This document shows positions 7,157 to 11,980 of a stretch of DNA of 11,980 nt, in pieces. The notes below the pieces were generated by a model that was given only the letters and a program-made list of their open reading frames with translations, did no database searches and had not been told where the DNA came from. A program made the position numbers and the translations under genes. The number at the start of each line of letters is the position of its first letter. Positions within the stretch are counted from its first letter, which is position 1. Source of the stretch: an uncultured bacterium (GTDB taxonomy: Bacteria; UBP14; UBA6098; B30-G16); NCBI GenBank assembly GCA_964443405.1, contig CAYUDB010000072.1, forward strand, positions 1 to 11,980, in the 5' to 3' direction.

Positions 7157-8365
7157 TTATACTAAATCAAACAAAATATCATTCTTTTTTCCATAATGCC
7201 TATATATTTTACCATCACTTATAAGCTTTTCAAGCTTTTGTTCTACTAAATATGCAGGCAATGGAACTCGCATATACACATAACTTAATGGTGTATCTTT
7301 TGATATAGTTTCCATAAATATTCTATCTAGAGATACATTACTTACAAGATTTTTACTATATGTATAAGAAATCCAATTAGTAAAATCAATATTCTTTGCA
7401 AATACTCTTATAAGTTCTGTGCATATAACAAACTTATCATTGCTATCTCCAAAAATATCATAGACAAAATCTGCAGGACATAGTTTCTTTTGTGCCAGAG
7501 ATTTTAGTGTATCTAAACTATGTTCATTCGCTTCAAAACTATCTGCTACACTTAATGCATTCGGTATTATCGTATTTAATAATAATTTGCTAACTGCAAT
7601 TTCTTTTTCATTAATTATAAAAGTTGCAGCAGCACCGTTCAAAATTGCATTATATCTATTCAAACCATATTCATATATATTTGGCTTTAATAATTTCGTT
7701 TTTGGAGTATTTGCCAAATATTTCGAAAATAATGCAAACAAAAGCCCTAGTTCATAAACCATTCGCCAATGTATTTGACTATCAAATGCACGAAATTCTA
7801 ACGTTACTTTGCGAGGATATTTAATACATACATCTGTTCCCCACAATAATGGAGAATTTTCAACATCAATTAAAGTCATTGGTCGCGCACAATGACCTGC
7901 ATTATCTCTCAAACGAATTGATTTAAACTCTCCATCAATGCTTGGAGACGAACATGAAATTGCTATAAACGCTGGAACATATGGTAATATCGCATTATGA
8001 ATTTTAACAATATCTTCATAAGATGAAAAACTACCAAGATGAACATGTCCACCAGCTGGATTTTCATCTATATATCTAAATCCACCAGGTACTATTACAC
8101 ATCCATGCTTTTGCGCAACTCGTTGAGCTGTTGTATAGGCAATAAAAATTTTTTCCTCAAGCTCATAAACATTTGTAGTCATACCTATACGAAGTTCTAA
8201 CAAATCAATATCCTCTCCAATACCATACGAAGGTAAAATATTCCTTAGCTCCAAAAGTATTTTCTCATACTTTTGCTTATCTGCCGAAAAGCCTGTATCA
8301 ATATCATTTACAAAAACTTCCCAGTCAATGCCAAGAGTTAGTTTTTCTAAAATGTGACTACTCAT
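7157..8365 (-). CDS. YbdK / glutamate-cysteine ligase family 2 (GCS2) carboxylate-amine ligase
   Basis: The 402-aa protein has an ATG at 8365-8363 preceded by AAGGAGAG. Its blocks align by eye to E. coli YbdK: LTLGIDWEVFVND vs FTLGIELEMQVVN; HGCVIVPGGFRY vs HHLEICGGGTHPF; GGHVHLG vs GQHVHVG; LPYVPAFIAISCSSPS vs RFVPHFIALSAASPY; TLEFRAFD vs TVEVRVMD. Confidence 0.8.
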   Translation of the reverse strand: MSSHILEKLTLGIDWEVFVNDIDTGFSADKQKYEKILLELRNILPSYGIGEDIDLLELRIGMTTNVYELEEKIFIAYTTAQRVAQKHGCVIVPGGFRYIDENPAGGHVHLGSFSSYEDIVKIHNAILPYVPAFIAISCSSPSIDGEFKSIRLRDNAGHCARPMTLIDVENSPLLWGTDVCIKYPRKVTLEFRAFDSQIHWRMVYELGLLFALFSKYLANTPKTKLLKPNIYEYGLNRYNAILNGAAATFIINEKEIAVSKLLLNTIIPNALSVADSFEANEHSLDTLKSLAQKKLCPADFVYDIFGDSNDKFVICTELIRVFAKNIDFTNWISYTYSKNLVSNVSLDRIFMETISKDTPLSYVYMRVPLPAYLVEQKLEKLISDGKIYRHYGKKNDILFDLV

Positions 8366-8533
8366 TTTCTCTCCTTAACTATCTTTTTCATTAATGTAAA
8401 AGATAATTTTCACTATACTTTTTTCTATATTATCAAGTATATTAAGTTTTTAATTAATAAAATATACTTTTTTAATTTCAGAAAAAAGTTTATAGTGAAA
8501 ACTATATTTCACATAATAAGTTTTCAATAATTT

Positions 8534-9679
8534 CTACGCACGTGGAATTATTACAGCTTCACTGCGAGGTGTTGCGTAAGTTCCATTAGTTGCCCAAACT
8601 TGCATGCGTAAATCCATTTCACTATCTGGTCGAACATACATATAATTTACTGTAATTGGATCACCAAATTCCTCATCATTTGCTAATACCAAATAAAACA
8701 TAGGAATCGGAAGTTCATCCCATCTCAACATCATTTCAGATGCATCATATCTCAAATTTTTTATAGACATATACGCTTCAAGTGTAACTCTTATCGAAGC
8801 TGTTGCATCACTTTCATCATTTCCTGAAATACTTCTTACACGAAAATCATGCGTTCCAAAATACGGATCTTTCATTATCCAATATGTATTTTTAGTCTCC
8901 GCGACAATTGTATAATTCTCTTCAGAAGATTTTTTCATTTCAATACGATATTCTTTCGCATTATCAGCAGCTATCCACTTAAAGCGAGCTGCTTTATTAT
9001 CATATATAAATCCTGTAGGTGGCAATAATTTATGTTGTATAGGTCTATTCCAAACTTCAAAACCATATTCAGAAAGATGTTGATCGTATTTTTTATATGG
9101 TAACTTTATATAAAGCCAATTTCTAATCTTTGCCAAAACTTCTATATATTCCTTCCGTTTAAAATCTCTTTTTTGAGTTGCAGTAGTCGATATTGCCTGA
9201 GTTTCATTTGAATTACGAACTGCATCGGAATAAATTGAAAGTTGTGTAATAATATCATTTTTAACTTGCGCATCGATTTGCTGAGGTGTTCCATCCCAAT
9301 CATTAAGATGGGGGATAGTTACACTTCTTACAAGCGTGATGAGTTCATTTGAAACTTTTGGCAAAAGAATATCAACACCAAGTCGATGGAACATAATGTT
9401 TGACAATTCTTTGTCGGCAACAACACGAATAAACTTTTTCATGTCGTAAATTGTTTCGATAAGCACATTTTGCTCTTCGGCAGCCTTTTTGACAAGTGCT
9501 TCTTTTGAGATACGCAAATCTAACACTTGCGCCTGAATTGTGCGAAACTCATGAAAAACTGTATTAAACTCGGCGAACAATGCAGCAGGAAGCACCCAAG
9601 CTTCGGCAGCATATTTGTTGTTTGCATCGGTTATCATGTAACCTTGCGTTATAAGGTCGTCAAATGATACTGTAGCCAT
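8534..9679 (-). CDS. Hypothetical cytoplasmic protein: alpha-helical N-terminal domain of about 215 aa plus two C-terminal fibronectin-type-III-like beta-sandwich repeats
   Basis: ATG at 9679-9677 is preceded by AAGGGGGA. No signal peptide is present. C-terminal segments such as PPTGFIYDNKAARFKWIAADNAKEYRIEMKK…YTIVAETKNTYWIMKDP…FRVRSISGNDESDATASIRVT and …LRWDELPIPMFYLVLANDEEFGDPITVNYMYVRPDSEMDL…VWATNGTYATPRSEAVIIP have an FN3-like pattern (W…Y…L…Y/F hydrophobic alternation). The N-terminal domain has no motif I can name. Confidence 0.6.
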   Translation of the reverse strand: MATVSFDDLITQGYMITDANNKYAAEAWVLPAALFAEFNTVFHEFRTIQAQVLDLRISKEALVKKAAEEQNVLIETIYDMKKFIRVVADKELSNIMFHRLGVDILLPKVSNELITLVRSVTIPHLNDWDGTPQQIDAQVKNDIITQLSIYSDAVRNSNETQAISTTATQKRDFKRKEYIEVLAKIRNWLYIKLPYKKYDQHLSEYGFEVWNRPIQHKLLPPTGFIYDNKAARFKWIAADNAKEYRIEMKKSSEENYTIVAETKNTYWIMKDPYFGTHDFRVRSISGNDESDATASIRVTLEAYMSIKNLRYDASEMMLRWDELPIPMFYLVLANDEEFGDPITVNYMYVRPDSEMDLRMQVWATNGTYATPRSEAVIIPRA

Positions 9680-9898
9680 TTTGTCCCCCTTGTTTGTTTG
9701 TTTTCACTAAAAATATACACATTTTTTTTGAGAAAAAAACTTTTTTTTTCATTTCATCAAACTTTTTTTCAAAATCTTTTGTAAATGAATTATATGCACA
9801 ATCAAAGTATTTTGTTAAGCTTTTGCAGATGTAATTTGTTTATAGAAATATAGTTAAGCATTTAGCAAAGTTTAGTATATCACTCAAAAAGAAAGTTT

Positions 9899-10345
9899 TT
9901 CATCAAGTAAAAATCTTATTTCATTAAGCAAAGTATCCATTTCATCAAATAAAAATTTCATTTTAATAGTTCCACAAACCATTTCATTAACCAAAAATTT
10001 TATTTCATTAACCAAACCTTTTATTTCAACAACTCAAAAAAACTTTTTCACAAGTAAAAATCTTTTTACATAATTTCCATTTATTATTTCATTAACAAAA
10101 CTTTCTTCAGAAGTATTTCCAAATTTCATTTTATTAAATCCAAATTTTTTGTCATCAAGTAAAAATTATTCAGCAACAGTTCCAAACTTTTCAGAATCAA
10201 GTAAAAATTCTTTATCAATAGATAAATTTTTCATTTTATTAGTTCCAAATTTCATTTCATTAAATCCAAAACTTTTTTCATCAACTAGAAATTTTATTTC
10301 AGTTCATCCAAATTATTTATTATTACTTCCAAAAAAGTTTTTCAT
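9899..10345. repeat. Degenerate tandem array of about 21 copies of a 21-bp unit (consensus approximately TTTCATYAASYAAAAATTTTAT), with a superimposed 63-bp higher-order period, in an 800-bp non-coding AT-rich spacer
   Basis: TTCA(T/C/G) cores begin at 9899, 9920, 9941, 9957, 9983, 10004, 10025, 10047, (10066), 10088, 10106, 10125, (10150), 10169, 10190, (10212), 10230, 10251, 10277, 10298 and 10341. Spacings cluster at 21 (or 16+26, 41-43). Each unit carries an A4-6T3-4 tract. The 63-bp super-repeat is clear between 10181-10240, 10241-10300 and 10301-10345. Confidence 0.8.
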
Positions 10346-10388
10346 AAAAAATTTGAGTAAATAATCAAATAAAAAATCATAAAAGAAA

Positions 10389-10419
10389 GGCTACCCAATT
10401 ACTTGAGTAGCTTTTTTTT
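10389..10419. terminator. Hairpin with flanking A/T runs; a bidirectional intrinsic terminator. It is strongest on the plus strand (T8) and also closes the minus-strand 420-aa gene.
   Basis: The stem is ggctac…gtagc(t), with internal caa/ttg pairing in the loop. The plus strand has the stem followed by TTTTTTTT at 10412-10419. The minus strand has the stem followed by CUUUCUUUUAUGAUUUUUU. It lies 65-95 nt downstream of the stop at 10484. Confidence 0.5.
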
Positions 10420-10483
10420 CTTTCTCATCGACCAAAAATAATTATATTGACAGTCGAGTTTTTCTGTAAAACTACAAAAACTT

Positions 10484-11746
10484 TCAGATAGTCATGCCGG
10501 CAAATTTGCAATTGACAAAATCTTTATCAACATTTACGTAACCAATGTGGTTCATTCCGGAAATTGAAAGTTTGATTGGCAAAACTTTTGTTTCATTTTC
10601 AAAATGTATTTCGACAGTTTTGTCACGCAAATTTTGAGTCGATGCGATAATTATTGCAGTTTTGCCTTCATGTTGAACTTTTGCCAAACAATTTCCATTG
10701 TCAATAACAAATTCATCGCACACAGCCAAAGCAAGTTTATTCTCTGTAACTTTTTGTGCATTAACCTTATGCTCTTTAAAAAGAACTCGCATTTGAGGTA
10801 TAATCGCATATTTATTCATCCAAACTTTAATCACATCATTTGGGTTTGTAGCACAAATAAATTTTTCATTAATGTCATCAAAAGTTGCTATAAAGAAAAA
10901 TTTTGCGCTATCATCTAGAAGAGTTTCGTCAGTTTCAAAATCTTCCATAAGCGCCCAAACTTCCGAAAAAGGTGTTTTTGAAAACTTTCGTGCATCATCT
11001 TTTGGAACAAAAATAGTAACGCCAGTGTTTCCAATGCCAGATTCACGTAAATTTATAAACGCAGAGGAGCTTTGTTTTTTTGAATCGGCTTTTTCATCAT
11101 CGATATTAACTGATGTAGAGATCTCAAAAAATGGATTTTCTACATCACAATTAACGTTAACATTTCCGACAAATGCTTTTTTCTTCACTTGGAACAGAAA
11201 ATTCTTTGAACTTTTCAATAAAGTAGTTTTATCATGTAAAATTTTGAACGGCAAAAACTTTTCGGAAAGCGCTGAAAATATTCCTTCCTTTCGTGAACGA
11301 AAATAAATGCCAGTTGCAGTTTTTACTGTAACTCCATAAAAAACTTTGGACATTAGCAAATTTTGTTTGTTTATTTTTGAGAAATTTGTAATATTACACC
11401 CACGAATAGGCGACATGCGCAAATTTGCAAATGCATTTGAACAATCAAACTCATCATATCCATCGCCATCAATGTCGCCTAAGAAAAATGAGTTTTTCGT
11501 TATGTGAAATTCTTTTGCAAACTGCGAAAGTATTTTTTCTGTTTGATCGTTTGTTAGAGCAATAATATCTCCAACTTCGGGCATAATTGAATTTTTATCG
11601 AACGTTCTTTCAATAATAAATTCTATACCGCGAAGTTTTGAGGAAATCTTTGCAGTATCGGCAGTAGTATTTTGAGCGCGACATTTAAGAGTGAAATTGT
11701 TGTCATTCGCTCCAAAAACATCGATAACTTTGGCTATAATTTGCAT
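10484..11746 (-). CDS. Hypothetical protein, 420 aa, no signal peptide, with a single DxDxDG calcium-binding-like loop (FLGDIDGDGYDEF)
   Basis: The ORF track starts at a TTG at 11758. The better start is the ATG at 11746-11744 (MQIIAKVIDVF…), preceded by GGAGG with a 5-nt spacer (revcomp of 11747-11760 is ATTTGGAGGTTGAA). I recognise no catalytic motif. Composition is low-GC, like its neighbours. Confidence 0.7.
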   Translation of the reverse strand: MQIIAKVIDVFGANDNNFTLKCRAQNTTADTAKISSKLRGIEFIIERTFDKNSIMPEVGDIIALTNDQTEKILSQFAKEFHITKNSFFLGDIDGDGYDEFDCSNAFANLRMSPIRGCNITNFSKINKQNLLMSKVFYGVTVKTATGIYFRSRKEGIFSALSEKFLPFKILHDKTTLLKSSKNFLFQVKKKAFVGNVNVNCDVENPFFEISTSVNIDDEKADSKKQSSSAFINLRESGIGNTGVTIFVPKDDARKFSKTPFSEVWALMEDFETDETLLDDSAKFFFIATFDDINEKFICATNPNDVIKVWMNKYAIIPQMRVLFKEHKVNAQKVTENKLALAVCDEFVIDNGNCLAKVQHEGKTAIIIASTQNLRDKTVEIHFENETKVLPIKLSISGMNHIGYVNVDKDFVNCKFAGMTI

Positions 11747-11902
11747 TTCAACCTCCAAATTTTTTCTAGCAACCAGTTAATCATTTATAGAGTAAAAACT
11801 TTTATAATTTGTGTCAAGTAGTTTTTTCACTTCAACGTAAAAACTGTAAATTTTATTTAATCGATAAACTTTTTCAAATCATCATTAATTTTTGATAATT
11901 AC

Positions 11903-11939
11903 AAAAAAAACTCCGAACTTTTATTAATTAAGTTCGGAG
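11903..11939 (-). terminator. Strong rho-independent terminator for a minus-strand gene lying beyond the right edge of the window
   Basis: A perfect 10-bp stem (ctccgaactt / aagttcggag, 11911-11920 and 11930-11939) has a 9-nt loop. On the minus strand it is followed immediately by U8 (complement of A8 at 11903-11910). Confidence 0.55.
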
Positions 11940-11980
11940 CTTATGCGAAAAAACTTTTTAATTGAATAAAATTTTCAGTC

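Noticed and set aside
7139-7177. 10-bp inverted repeat (attttgtttg…caaacaaaat) straddling the ligase stop codon
   Set aside because: The 19-nt loop and all-AT stem make a stable structure unlikely. It is probably a chance occurrence in AT-rich sequence.
8484-8501. Terminator candidate after the FN3-protein gene (gtgaaa…tttcac, 6-bp stem)
   Set aside because: The stem is short and AT-rich. The U6 run begins only 8 nt after the stem. It is too weak to call, and the ligase gene may simply be co-transcribed with the FN3 gene.
9899-10345. CRISPR array
   Set aside because: The repeats are degenerate (no two units identical) and contiguous, with no unique spacer segments between them. The 21-bp period is too short for a repeat-plus-spacer unit. 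No cas genes are nearby.
10149-10364. 71-aa plus-strand ORF (MSSSKNYSATVPNF…) inside the repeat array
   Set aside because: It begins with TTG, not ATG, and has no SD. It is Ser/Phe/Asn-rich low-complexity sequence whose openness is a by-product of the 21-bp (7-codon) DNA period avoiding stops. Any plus-strand transcript is more likely non-coding.
9680-10483. Chromosomal or plasmid replication origin (AT-rich spacer with iterons)
   Set aside because: There is no gene-strand switch (all flanking genes are on the minus strand), no convincing DnaA boxes (best matches only 6/9 to TTATCCACA), and no rep, par or dnaA gene adjacent. The iteron idea is kept only as a low-probability alternative within the repeat finding.

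Overview
The window holds nine protein-coding genes, all on the minus strand, and falls into two compositional blocks that meet at position ~5766. The left block (1–~5770) is roughly 45–52% GC, judged by hand counts of sampled 60-nt stretches rather than a full computation. It carries core-genome-like genes: a YfiH/PgeF-family enzyme, an SPFH/band-7 membrane protein, purM, and a large secreted C10 (streptopain-family) cysteine peptidase with a T9SS-type C-terminal sorting domain. A gene-free C-terminal fragment of a plus-strand membrane protein sits at the left edge. The right block (~5770–11980) is roughly 23–33% GC by the same hand counts. It encodes a secreted SGNH/GDSL-like hydrolase with a PKD domain and a T9SS CTD, whose stop overlaps the peptidase start in an ATGA motif. 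It also encodes a YbdK/GCS2-family carboxylate-amine ligase, a cytoplasmic protein with two FN3-like domains, and a 420-aa protein of unknown function. Between the last two genes lies an ~800-bp non-coding stretch containing about 21 degenerate tandem copies of a 21-bp unit with a TTTCAT core and phased A5T4 tracts, ending at a strong hairpin plus T8 terminator. Several probable rho-independent terminators and one operator-like palindrome are visible. Most starts are preceded by GGAGG-type ribosome-binding sites. No rRNA, tRNA, CRISPR array, transposase or integrase was recognised. The most notable observations are the abrupt GC step exactly at a translationally coupled gene junction, the helical-phase repeat array, and the low-GC ligase plus FN3 plus unknown-protein neighbourhood.
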